DNA of 64,000 nt. Origin: a virus. Taxonomy: Duplodnaviria > Caudoviricetes. Within the stretch, counting starts at the first letter, position 1. Each line of letters begins with the position of its first letter. Below the pieces are notes generated by a model, which was not told where the DNA came from, made no database searches, and was given only the letters and a program-made list of their open reading frames with translations. The stretch covers positions 1-64,000 of IMG/VR virus record IMGVR_UViG_2936413993_000002; one strand, written 5' to 3'. Positions 52,024 through 61,064 of this stretch are shown piece after piece. A program made the translations under genes and the position numbers.

Positions 52024-52650
52024 TTATTTCCAATAAAACCTTCCGTTGTCGTCAACATCGTTGTAAATGTGATATCCGTTAACTAATTCAAGATTTTCTC
52101 TAAATCTAGCATCCTCATCAAAATCATCAAAGGAGTAATCATCTTTTGGAATCCAATGATTGTCATCATCAATATAAAATCCACAGGAATCTGCTACGTC
52201 ATCTATTGTCATATTATCTTCATCATCCATATCTTCTTCGTCATCATAATCACTATCAACTTGAAATATGTAATCTTCCCATTCTAGTAAATATTCAAAT
52301 TTATCAAGTAATGTTTTCGCATTTTCAAGTATATCTTCAATATAGAATGAGTCATCCTTCTCATAATAATAGTAATTTGAAGTCTCGAAATTATAGTCAG
52401 TGTTCGCATAAGTAATTGTGAATTTTAAATCATAAATATTAGACTTTGTATACGCACTAAAATCTTTCTCAGGCTTATTAAATTCAATTTTAGTTAATTT
52501 AATTGGAGCCAACGTTTCATACATATATTCATCAGGAATCGAATAGCCATACGTATCTCCACAGTTCAATATTTTCTTAATGTTATTTTCTATGTAATCA
52601 ATCTTTCCACATATTAATGTTTCTACTTTTTTTCTCGGATACTTTGTCAT
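52024..52650 (-). CDS. Hypothetical protein with highly acidic C-terminus
   Basis: AGGAG RBS; D/E-rich tail. Confidence 0.65.
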   Translation of the reverse strand: MTKYPRKKVETLICGKIDYIENNIKKILNCGDTYGYSIPDEYMYETLAPIKLTKIEFNKPEKDFSAYTKSNIYDLKFTITYANTDYNFETSNYYYYEKDDSFYIEDILENAKTLLDKFEYLLEWEDYIFQVDSDYDDEEDMDDEDNMTIDDVADSCGFYIDDDNHWIPKDDYSFDDFDEDARFRENLELVNGYHIYNDVDDNGRFYWK

Positions 52651-52771
52651 TTTAGAACTCCTTTTATAATTTATTTTTATGAAGATATCGATTCTACGCT
52701 AAGTTTCTTTGATAGTATTCACGGAAACTTCAACTGATTCTACCAACCAATGTATTCATACCTAAAACCTA

Positions 52772-53047
52772 TTAATCTTCTTTTTTACCATGTAATTTAG
52801 ACATTCTTTCACTCATAGCCTGACGTTGTTCTTCACTCATCACACGTTCCTTCTTCATACTTACTTGTTTTTCATTTAAAAGACCTTTAACTGCAGTAGG
52901 GCGACCATCCTCATTATCTAATATTTCAAGATCAGTCAATTCAGCTAATTTCCTAATATGTTTAGGACATGTACTATAAACACTCCACATACCAGTTCCA
53001 TTATCGTAAACAAGTGTAGTTTCTTGTTCATCTCTGCTATACATCAT
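52772..53047 (-). CDS. Conserved hypothetical phage protein
   Basis: AAGGAG RBS; 'EQETTL..WSVYS...MSEEQRQAMSERM'. Confidence 0.65.
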   Translation of the reverse strand: MMYSRDEQETTLVYDNGTGMWSVYSTCPKHIRKLAELTDLEILDNEDGRPTAVKGLLNEKQVSMKKERVMSEEQRQAMSERMSKLHGKKED

Positions 53048-53185
53048 TTCAATCCATCTCCTTTTATAAATATCAATTCTAAGCCAAGTAATTCCATATA
53101 TTCACATAAAAACTCCATATGAAATAGAAGGGGAAGGTATTTATAAGCTTAGAGTAATACCTAATAATATGTAATTTATTTATAT

Positions 53186-53395
53186 TTAAAAACCATTATA
53201 TGTATTCATTTCTCTAATAATCTCATTAATTAGCTTTCTATGTTTCTTTGTATCTATGTATTCGCCTTGCCACTTAAACACCTGATAAAAGAGTTCCATT
53301 TCGTAAGAAGCAGATCCTTCTAGCATCATTTCCTCAACATAACTTATCACCTCACTTAAAGTATGTCGTTTCATCTTGCTGTCCATCCATTTCAC
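53186..53395 (-). CDS. Small hypothetical protein (true start may be a downstream ATG)
   Basis: AGGAGGTG RBS overlaps the annotated GTG; first gene after a TTGACA promoter. Confidence 0.55.
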   Translation of the reverse strand: MKWMDSKMKRHTLSEVISYVEEMMLEGSASYEMELFYQVFKWQGEYIDTKKHRKLINEIIREMNTYNGF

Positions 53396-53455
53396 CTCCT
53401 TATTTGTAATTTAATTATATTTAAAAGTAAAAAAAATAAAATTTCCCTTGTCTAT

Positions 53456-53485
53456 ATTTTACATTACAAATTGAGTTTTTGTCAA
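53456..53485 (-). promoter_or_regulatory. Sigma-A-like promoter of the operon leading to yonO, flanked by two 18-bp motif copies
   Basis: TTGACA (53485-53480), 18 bp, TAAAAT; motif copies at 53406-53423 and 53482-53499. Confidence 0.6.
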
Positions 53486-53523
53486 TTTAATTATATTTAA
53501 AACGATATGAGGGAAGAAACAAA

Positions 53524-53745
53524 TTATTCTTCATCGTCTATGTATACAAATAAATCATCAACCTTACAATTCAATATGTAGGCAATTTTGAATGCTGTTT
53601 CAATCGGTGGATTGTTATGACCATTTTTCCAATTAGTTATTGTCTGTTTGCTGACAGCTAATCTTTGAGCAAGTTCGGTATTACTCATATTAGCTTCTGC
53701 TAGTTTTATCTTTAGTTTTGATTCCAACATTATAAGTTCCCCCAT
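53524..53745 (-). CDS. XRE-family HTH regulator
   Basis: 'LKIKLAE..MSNTELAQRLAVSKQTITNW...LNCKVDDLF'. Confidence 0.85.
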   Translation of the reverse strand: MGELIMLESKLKIKLAEANMSNTELAQRLAVSKQTITNWKNGHNNPPIETAFKIAYILNCKVDDLFVYIDDEE

Positions 53746-53951
53746 TGTTTCTACCCTCCTTTAAAATATACTTGTCTAAAATGATTATAGCAAGTCTATT
53801 AAGAAAAGTACAATTATTTTTATAAAAGTACAGATAAATTTATATTTTTCTCTTGCATACTGCTTGTTTTTAAGTTTATACTCTAAATCAGATAGACGAA
53901 TATCATAGAAAATATTCAACTATTTCTAGCGATAGTCAAAAATATTTAAAG

Positions 53952-54275
53952 ATGAAGGAGGTAGTCATCATTATTACCGATACTTATTTTTATGAAATAG
54001 TAGACAGTCTAACAGTTAAGGATTTCTTTTTGCTCAGTTATTTAACAGAGAACAATGCAACTGAGAAATTTAAATCAATCAAAAGAAGAAAAGTTGCAGA
54101 AGACATGTTAAACAGTGATGCGAGGATCACAGAAGCGACACTAAGAAAATGTCTTTATCGTTTAGAGCCAATGAAATTTATTGAAATAGTAAGAGAAGAA
54201 AAAGAATATAAAATGTTCGTTACACCAAGAGGAATTGAAGCTTTACAAATCAAATTGGAAAATGAGGGGGAATAA
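53952..54275 (+). CDS. Winged-helix DNA-binding protein, putative TubR adaptor
   Basis: wHTH-like 'ITEATLRKCLYRLE..FIE...VTPRG'; directly upstream of tubZ. Confidence 0.65.
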   Translation: MKEVVIIITDTYFYEIVDSLTVKDFFLLSYLTENNATEKFKSIKRRKVAEDMLNSDARITEATLRKCLYRLEPMKFIEIVREEKEYKMFVTPRGIEALQIKLENEGE

Positions 54276-54278
54276 TAT

Positions 54279-55400
54279 ATGTATTTTGGATTCATAGGTC
54301 TTGGGCAAGCAGGAGGCAATATTGCGGATTTGGCAGCTAAGCATTTTTACACTAGTGTAGCGATAAATTACTCAGAAACTGATTTAAAATCAATTACTAA
54401 TATACCTGAGGATATGATTCACTCTTTATTAGGTAGCGAAGGGGTAGGTAAAGATAGAGAATTAGCTAAACAACTAATGAGAGATAACTGGGAATCAACT
54501 GTAAACTTTGTTAAAAAGCATTTATCCAAACCATCAATTGAAGTTATTTTAGTCCCATTCGGTACAGGTGGGGGAAGTGGTTCAGGGATGAGCTCATTAT
54601 TATTAGAAATACTATCTAATGAGATGCCTGATAAAACATTTGTAGCTTGTCCGATTTTACCTGCCAACAATGAAACACTCAATAATAAACTAAATTCGTT
54701 AGAGGCTCTTAGTGAGTTATCCGATTTAGAATTTTGCGTTATTCCAATTGACAACAATACAGTTCTAACTAATAGTAATACTTTTATCTCTAAAAATATC
54801 ATTTATAAGAAAACTAACGAGGAATTCATTTCAATGATTAATAAGCTGCTAGAATACACAAATAAAAGCAGTGAAAATGGAGTGATTGATAGAAAAGATT
54901 TGCGACAAATATTCTCGGTGAAAGGAGTGTCAGTCATAGGTGTAGCAAAAGTGATGGATGTTTCAGGGACAGCATTAACAACTGATCATTTTGCTAAGGA
55001 AATACAAGAATCATGGATTAACAGTATATTCGCTCCTATTGAATACGATCAAGTAATTAGAGCGGGAGTTATTTTCAATGGAGATGACTACTTAATGGAA
55101 CTTATGGATTATGATGAAATATTTAATGTTTTTAAAAATAAGCGTCCGTATGATCTTTTTGAAGGAAACTATAAAGAGAAAAGAGGAGAAGTAATTTCTA
55201 TCCTTAGTGGTCTACCTTGGATTAACTCAAGAATGCAAGAATTAGATACATTAGCAGATGAAGAAGAGAATACTCTTAATGAAATCAAAGTTGTTGAGTA
55301 TAAGCCAAAAGCTAGAAAGAAAAGTGTAATTCCAGTAAGAAGTAGTAGCGTCAAGGCAAAAAGTAATCCTACTGATGTTTTTAATAAATATCTTCGTTGA
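54279..55400 (+). CDS. tubZ: Tubulin/FtsZ-family GTPase, TubZ-like partition protein
   Basis: IGLGQAGGNIA, GVGKD, GGGSGSG tubulin signature, IDN, 'ID..DL' T7 loop. Confidence 0.85.
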   Translation: MYFGFIGLGQAGGNIADLAAKHFYTSVAINYSETDLKSITNIPEDMIHSLLGSEGVGKDRELAKQLMRDNWESTVNFVKKHLSKPSIEVILVPFGTGGGSGSGMSSLLLEILSNEMPDKTFVACPILPANNETLNNKLNSLEALSELSDLEFCVIPIDNNTVLTNSNTFISKNIIYKKTNEEFISMINKLLEYTNKSSENGVIDRKDLRQIFSVKGVSVIGVAKVMDVSGTALTTDHFAKEIQESWINSIFAPIEYDQVIRAGVIFNGDDYLMELMDYDEIFNVFKNKRPYDLFEGNYKEKRGEVISILSGLPWINSRMQELDTLADEEENTLNEIKVVEYKPKARKKSVIPVRSSSVKAKSNPTDVFNKYLR

Positions 55401-55455
55401 TATCTATTTATTTCTAGCAATATTTGAAAATATTCGCCACAGCAGGAGTGATAAT

Positions 55456-55644
55456 ATGAAAATTTATCAGCATAAATGTAAATCGTGTAATCGAGAATAT
55501 AAAGGTGTAAGCAAATTTCCAAGTATCTGCACAGAATGTAAAAGAATAATTATCGAGTGGTATTCTACTATTGATTTACTAATAAAAGAAGGAATGACGC
55601 CTGAGACTGTTTTAGAAAAATTAAAACTATCCCCTCCTAAATAA
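55456..55644 (+). CDS. Small zinc-ribbon protein (62 aa; start re-assigned)
   Basis: AGGAG RBS before ATG at 55456; CKSC...CTEC. Confidence 0.55.
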   Translation: MKIYQHKCKSCNREYKGVSKFPSICTECKRIIIEWYSTIDLLIKEGMTPETVLEKLKLSPPK

Positions 55645-55762
55645 GAGGGAGGGGTAATTATTATTCAATTTATAAAAACAGTCATATTTTCCAACATGCA
55701 AATCATATAATTTTCCCGAAGGATAAAACCTTTTGACGTAGGGAAAATTTTAGATAGCTTGT

Positions 55763-55828
55763 TTAGAACGGTAATAATCCAATTGTAATCAACGTTAAAC
55801 CAACCCCAATTAAAGTCGCAGTTATCAT
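55763..55828 (-). CDS. Candidate 21-aa hydrophobic peptide MITATLIGVGLTLITIGLLPF
   Basis: AAAGGTGG RBS; entirely uncharged; hairpin 55711-55748 downstream. Confidence 0.4.
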   Translation of the reverse strand: MITATLIGVGLTLITIGLLPF

Positions 55829-55906
55829 CTTAGATTCCACCTTTCCATCTTGTCTTGTTTTTAATATCTCCTAAATATAATTAAATTATTCTTTGAAGTG
55901 GGTGAA

Positions 55907-56014
55907 ATGATGATTCCTTTTTTCGGTATGCTTTTTACAACTATTGTTTACTGGGCTTTCGGTTTTAAACATGTAAAAAGAATGGAGGAAAAGAAAAATG
56001 ATCATAAGGATTAA
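55907..56014 (+). CDS. 35-aa single-TM protein (not in ORF track)
   Basis: MMIPFFGMLFTTIVYWAFGFKHVKR...; overlaps the start of the next gene. Confidence 0.45.
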   Translation: MMIPFFGMLFTTIVYWAFGFKHVKRMEEKKNDHKD

Positions 56015-56462
56015 TGGCGAAGAAATCAACGAACAAATACATCGTGAAATTATAGATATATCCGAATACTTACCAAAGACTAAAAAAGAAGCAAAGAAGA
56101 TGAAAAAGTTAGCAACGTGGTTATGGGGGATATCGGGAGTGATGATGTCTCAAAGTAGAGTATTTGCTTCTACCACTGGTGGAATGAACATTTGGAATAG
56201 TATGCAACCCTTATGGGATGTTTTCAAGGATATTAGCATGGTTTGTGGGACGTTGGCACTCTTTATCGGAGTAATTACTTTTTTGTTTAAACGTAACGCA
56301 GGTAAACAAGTCATATTGACTTCAGTCATTGTAATTGCAGGATGTTTCTTAATTCCTTCAGCAGTTATGTTATTTGCAATAATAGGTAATATGCTGAATG
56401 ATGTTTTAACAGAAGCTTTCCAGAATATGAATTTCAAAGATAGTGTAAAGGTGGGAGGATAA
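55998..56462 (+). CDS. Membrane protein, TrbC/VirB2 pilin-like
   Basis: 'SRVFA' processing-like site followed by two TM helices separated by a short basic loop. Confidence 0.55.
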   Translation: MIIRINGEEINEQIHREIIDISEYLPKTKKEAKKMKKLATWLWGISGVMMSQSRVFASTTGGMNIWNSMQPLWDVFKDISMVCGTLALFIGVITFLFKRNAGKQVILTSVIVIAGCFLIPSAVMLFAIIGNMLNDVLTEAFQNMNFKDSVKVGG

Positions 56463-56611
56463 TGCTAAAGAAAATAATCTTTACTATTATTGGATTTATA
56501 TTTGGATATTTAATCGGATTTCCATATGGGATTTATTACACTGTGGAAGCAAATGATAATTACTTTTTACTTAAAGCTATCTCTGTTATTAAGGCTATGA
56601 TCGGCTTATGA
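56462..56611 (+). CDS. 49-aa hydrophobic protein (not in ORF track)
   Basis: GGGAGG RBS; TAATG and ATGA coupling to both neighbours; MLKKIIFTIIGFIFGYLIGFPYG... Confidence 0.6.
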   Translation: MLKKIIFTIIGFIFGYLIGFPYGIYYTVEANDNYFLLKAISVIKAMIGL

Positions 56612-58995
56612 AAATTATTATGTTGGGACATTTAAATGATCCATTAATTAAAAAGAAAGTAATAAAAAATACATTTCCCATGAAAGTGGAATTTACAGTT
56701 ATTCCTAAAGTTGAACAAGTGATAGAAATACCTGAAGAACTGCAGCAAAAAGAATTCAAAATACCTGAAATAAAATTCAACTTCCAAATTCAACAACCAG
56801 AATTAGTAACTTATCAAATAAAACCAACTCCATCCACTAAAAATGATAAAGTGCATCTTCTATTAGATTATCTTTCCGACTCTTTTCAAGAATTAGCGCA
56901 TATGACCAACCAATTCAAGATGGATAGTGATGGAATTACACTACCTGTTCAAAATAAGTTTTTCTTTGAAACAAAAATAACTAATAAAGAATATTCCAAC
57001 TATATGACTTTCCCAAAAAATATTGAAGAAGAAACGCTTCAGACAATGAATTTTACATGGCATAAAGCAGCCAAGGTAAATGTTAGTAATCCCATACCTA
57101 ACGTAACTAACCATACTGTATGTTTCGATTTAAAACTTAAATATACCCCTGGGTTATCACTATCAGTTGATCAACGTTTAAAGGAAAAGCCTATAAGAGA
57201 ACTAATGGAACAATCACAATCCATTCGAAGTGGTGAAGATGTTTTTATACAATTTGGCATTCAGCCTGCAGAGTTTGATTGGTGGAGAGAAGCTAAGAAA
57301 AGAAATTCTTCTCTTCCTAAACGTAAAAGTGTTTCTGAATCAAGCAATTCTAAATTAGGAAATCCAGCGTTTGATTGTTGTTTGAGAGTAATAGTAAATG
57401 GCGAGAGTATTAGAAGGTCAGAAATGATTTCGAGAGGGATCATATTAGCTTTAAAACAACTTAATGGAGACAATGAATTAGTTGAAATACAAATTAAAAA
57501 CAAAAAACTATATAAATGGTATAAAAAATATGTGGAAAGAAGAAAAATCGAGACTTATTTCTTTAACTTTAATAAGCGCTTTTTGTTGACTAGAAAAGAA
57601 ATTAAACACTTTATTAAATTGCCTGAAAGAAATATACAAAAAGACTTTGACTTAGGTATTGACGAAAGACAAGAATTGTCTGTGAATAAAATGTTAACTA
57701 AAAAGGACGGTATTTTAATTGGTCACACGGAAGACAAAGGTAAACAGGTTGAGATAAGATTGCCAAGCGATAACTTGGATGCATTGTGTAATACTAATGT
57801 ACTTACAGGGTCGCCAAGAATGGGAAAAGATACGGCTGCTATTAATATGATAGTTGAATTTGCTAACACAATAAATGCAGGAGCCATTGTACCTGATGTC
57901 ATTGATGAAAAAGGAAACGGTCGTGGAATGTGTGATTCTTTATTAGAGTCATTACCTAGTGATAGAATAATCGACATTAATCTCGGTGATTACAATAATC
58001 CTGTATATTTTGGATTAGAAGATGTAGCTCATTTAATCGGAGTAAATGGAATGAACGTAATAGCTGATAATTTCACCAAAGTACTCGGACTAGAAGACAC
58101 AACAACTTCTCAGGAAATCTGTTCATTGGTAGCTAAGGTATGTAAATGTAATCTTTACGATATGTATTGTTGTCTAAAGTCTAAACAATTTGCAAACAGT
58201 ATGTATGAAATTGTAAAAGAGGAAGATGAGTTACTAGCTTTAGAATATTATCATGATTTCTTAAACGCTAAAAATGAAAAAGCAATAGCAACTGTAAAAA
58301 CTAGACTGAAAATGATTTTAGGTAATCCGCATTTTAAGCATATGATTGCACAGGAGCCTAACAAGAATATTGATATTGAGAAATGGATTAGAGAAAGAAA
58401 AATAGTTCTGTTTAGAATGAAAAAAGTAAATATTGGAGATATAGGTGTTCAAATACTTATGTATTTACTAACAATGAAAGTATTTTGGATTAAGAAAATT
58501 ATCCAAACTGATGATCCTACATTGATTGTATTCAATGAACCACACCAGTTTATGTCCGATGGCTTCCAAGAACTAGCTGAATCCATGATGGCTGAATGTC
58601 CAAAGTATAGATTGTGTATTAATTGGTTATTCCACAATCCAAGTCAACTACCGGATAAACTATGGAATATCATGAAATCTAGTAGTTGTAATAACTTCAT
58701 ATTTAAAAATACTAATTGGAAGATATACAATGACTTAAAAGAACAATTACAGCCAATAGAAGTGGAAACAGCTATGAAAACCAATCGTTACGAATCCATA
58801 TTTATGCCTTTTATAAATGGTATGCAATTAGATCCTTTTTTTGTGAAAATGTTACCCCCTCCAGTTAAAAGAGGAATTAAATATGATAATGCAGATATTA
58901 CTACCAAACATACAAGGAAATATGGCACTCCTGTAGAAGAAGTAAGGAAAAGAATAATGGAAATAGAATTAGCAATGTATAGTGAAAGTGCTTAG
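56608..58995 (+). CDS. VirB4/VirD4/HerA-like P-loop ATPase
   Basis: Walker A GSPRMGKD, Walker B LIVFNEPHQF, 'AECPKYRL', 'HNPSQL'. Confidence 0.7.
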   Translation: MKIIMLGHLNDPLIKKKVIKNTFPMKVEFTVIPKVEQVIEIPEELQQKEFKIPEIKFNFQIQQPELVTYQIKPTPSTKNDKVHLLLDYLSDSFQELAHMTNQFKMDSDGITLPVQNKFFFETKITNKEYSNYMTFPKNIEEETLQTMNFTWHKAAKVNVSNPIPNVTNHTVCFDLKLKYTPGLSLSVDQRLKEKPIRELMEQSQSIRSGEDVFIQFGIQPAEFDWWREAKKRNSSLPKRKSVSESSNSKLGNPAFDCCLRVIVNGESIRRSEMISRGIILALKQLNGDNELVEIQIKNKKLYKWYKKYVERRKIETYFFNFNKRFLLTRKEIKHFIKLPERNIQKDFDLGIDERQELSVNKMLTKKDGILIGHTEDKGKQVEIRLPSDNLDALCNTNVLTGSPRMGKDTAAINMIVEFANTINAGAIVPDVIDEKGNGRGMCDSLLESLPSDRIIDINLGDYNNPVYFGLEDVAHLIGVNGMNVIADNFTKVLGLEDTTTSQEICSLVAKVCKCNLYDMYCCLKSKQFANSMYEIVKEEDELLALEYYHDFLNAKNEKAIATVKTRLKMILGNPHFKHMIAQEPNKNIDIEKWIRERKIVLFRMKKVNIGDIGVQILMYLLTMKVFWIKKIIQTDDPTLIVFNEPHQFMSDGFQELAESMMAECPKYRLCINWLFHNPSQLPDKLWNIMKSSSCNNFIFKNTNWKIYNDLKEQLQPIEVETAMKTNRYESIFMPFINGMQLDPFFVKMLPPPVKRGIKYDNADITTKHTRKYGTPVEEVRKRIMEIELAMYSESA

Positions 58996-59025
58996 AGTGA
59001 TGGTTTATTACTGTCACTCTATTTT
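58994..59025 (+). terminator. Intrinsic terminator after the ATPase gene
   Basis: AGAGTGATGG...CTGTCACTCT stem plus ATTTT. Confidence 0.6.
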
Positions 59026-59177
59026 CTGTGTCTATATGACCAATTCTAAGGTATTCAGGAGACTTACTGTGAGGATTTAAAGTAGGGAAGGTGTAAATGC
59101 TAGGGTATTTATTAGGACACTATATAAAGCTAATACGTAAGCTAGAATCAATACTGTAATTTAATTATAATTAAGTA

Positions 59178-59206
59178 TTGTGTTTTAAATATAAATAAAT
59201 TACAAT
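59178..59206 (+). promoter_or_regulatory. Sigma-A-like promoter of the helicase operon overlapped by an 18-bp motif
   Basis: TTGTGT-17-TACAAT; motif at 59186-59203 and an inverted copy at 59156-59173. Confidence 0.55.
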
Positions 59207-59238
59207 TATGGTTATAAAACGATAAAGGAGAGGATTAT

Positions 59239-61026
59239 TTGACTGAACTGAATGAGCAACAGAAAGCTGCAGTTGAAGTTACAGAAGGAGCTTTTGGTGT
59301 AATTGCAGGAGCCGGTAGTGGGAAAACGAGAATAATTTTAGAAAGGGTTAGGAATTTAATTGATGTTCATGGAGTGCCAGAAAATGAGATTCTTGCTATT
59401 AGCTTTACCAATAAAACTGCTACTGAATTAAAGAACAAATTATCAAAGATGGGATTTAACGATATTCACGTAGGAACATTTCACGCTATATGTGGAAGAA
59501 TATTGGCTAAAACTGGGAGTTACATTAATAGTAGAAACTTAATTAAGGATTGGCAAATTGAAAATGAGTTTAAGCGAATTGATCCCAAGGTGAATACATC
59601 AGAAGTTTTGTCATGGATTTCATATCAAAAGAACTATATGAGAATGCCAAATGATGAGTTTGTTTATAAAGAGAATAATTACACAGAAGATACATTAAGA
59701 ATGCTCTATCTCACATATGAAGAGTTTAAGAAAAAGAAAAGGTTGTGTGACTTTGATGACTTTTTATTAGAGTGTTATAAGGTATTAAAGGAAAATCCAG
59801 ATTTAACAGATTATACATATGTTCTTATTGACGAGCATCAGGATTCAAATCTTGTACAAAATGAGTTGCTAAAATTGTTAGCTAAGAAGGGTAATATATT
59901 CGCCGTGTATGATACCCGTCAGTCAATTTATAGCTTTAGAGCGGGAAACTTAGAATATGCAATGCAATTTCAAAAGGATTGGAATGCTAAAATACTCCAT
60001 TTGGATATAAATTATCGCTCAACTAGAAATATTGTTAACTCAGCAAATGAATTCATACGTCCTTATTTTGAACACTTTGAGCATTACCAAGATTCCATTC
60101 CGAATAGCAAAGAAGATGGGGAAATAACATTACATACATATCAAACTAGAGAAGATGAAGCTGTAAAAGTAGTTGACCATATTGAGAGATTAATAGAAGA
60201 AGGGGAAGAGCTAAAAGAAATATCTGTATTATATCGTATGAATGCCCATGCTGCTCATATAGAAAATGAACTGAGAGCAAGGGAGATTGATTACGATATT
60301 ACATCTACAGATTCATTTTTCCAAAGGAAAGAAATACTGGCAATTATGAGTTATTTAAGATTGGTACATAATTTGCAAGATGACGCAGCTTTCATAAACA
60401 TATTCAATTTACGCAATGATCCATTAAAGTTTTTTAAGAATAGTGTGTTGAAGGATATCCAAGAACAATCTGCTAAGAATGGGCTATCTCTATATGAGAA
60501 TTTCTTGGATTATAAGTTTGATGCTAAATGGCATTATGAGAAGAAGAATCAATTTGAACAAAACATAAACAGGTTGAGAATGCAGAAGGAACGTAACATA
60601 GGAATTAAAAGTTTGATTGATAATATAATTAAATTGTTTAAATTAAAGAACTACATATATGAAACTTATACTAATGAGGAAGAAATCCAGGAACGATTGA
60701 AAAACATGAACATACTGAAAGGGTTTGTTAAGACAGACAACTTAGAGGAGTTTATCAATTACGTTTATGGAACGAATTTGAGTAAGAAAGCTAAGAAGAA
60801 TAGTGTTAAGTTGATGAGCGTTCATTCCTCAAAAGGTCTTGAATTTTCAAATTGTTTCTTAGTTGGAGTAGAAGAAAAGAAATTTCCACATGAGAAGGCA
60901 AAGTTAGATGAGGAGAGTAGGCTCTGGTATGTTGCTGTGACGAGAAGTAAGAAGAACTTATACATAAGTCAAATTGGAGAAGGATCTCAATTTATTGAGG
61001 AGTATTTTGGAGATATGGTCAATTAA
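59239..61026 (+). CDS. UvrD/PcrA-family SF1 DNA helicase
   Basis: LNEQQ, AGAGSGKT, FTNK, TFHA, IDEHQD, QSIYSFR, NYRS, HSSKGLEF, YVAVTR. Confidence 0.92.
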   Translation: MTELNEQQKAAVEVTEGAFGVIAGAGSGKTRIILERVRNLIDVHGVPENEILAISFTNKTATELKNKLSKMGFNDIHVGTFHAICGRILAKTGSYINSRNLIKDWQIENEFKRIDPKVNTSEVLSWISYQKNYMRMPNDEFVYKENNYTEDTLRMLYLTYEEFKKKKRLCDFDDFLLECYKVLKENPDLTDYTYVLIDEHQDSNLVQNELLKLLAKKGNIFAVYDTRQSIYSFRAGNLEYAMQFQKDWNAKILHLDINYRSTRNIVNSANEFIRPYFEHFEHYQDSIPNSKEDGEITLHTYQTREDEAVKVVDHIERLIEEGEELKEISVLYRMNAHAAHIENELRAREIDYDITSTDSFFQRKEILAIMSYLRLVHNLQDDAAFINIFNLRNDPLKFFKNSVLKDIQEQSAKNGLSLYENFLDYKFDAKWHYEKKNQFEQNINRLRMQKERNIGIKSLIDNIIKLFKLKNYIYETYTNEEEIQERLKNMNILKGFVKTDNLEEFINYVYGTNLSKKAKKNSVKLMSVHSSKGLEFSNCFLVGVEEKKFPHEKAKLDEESRLWYVAVTRSKKNLYISQIGEGSQFIEEYFGDMVN

Positions 61027-61064
61027 ATAAAAATAAATTATATAATACAAAGGATGATGTTGAG

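Noticed and set aside
54279-55400. Host cell-division ftsZ
   Set aside because: Divergent sequence, phage context and an upstream wHTH gene indicate TubZ
55907-58995. Complete conjugative element (ICE)
   Set aside because: No relaxase, VirB6/B8 homologue or conjugative hydrolase is recognisable in the window
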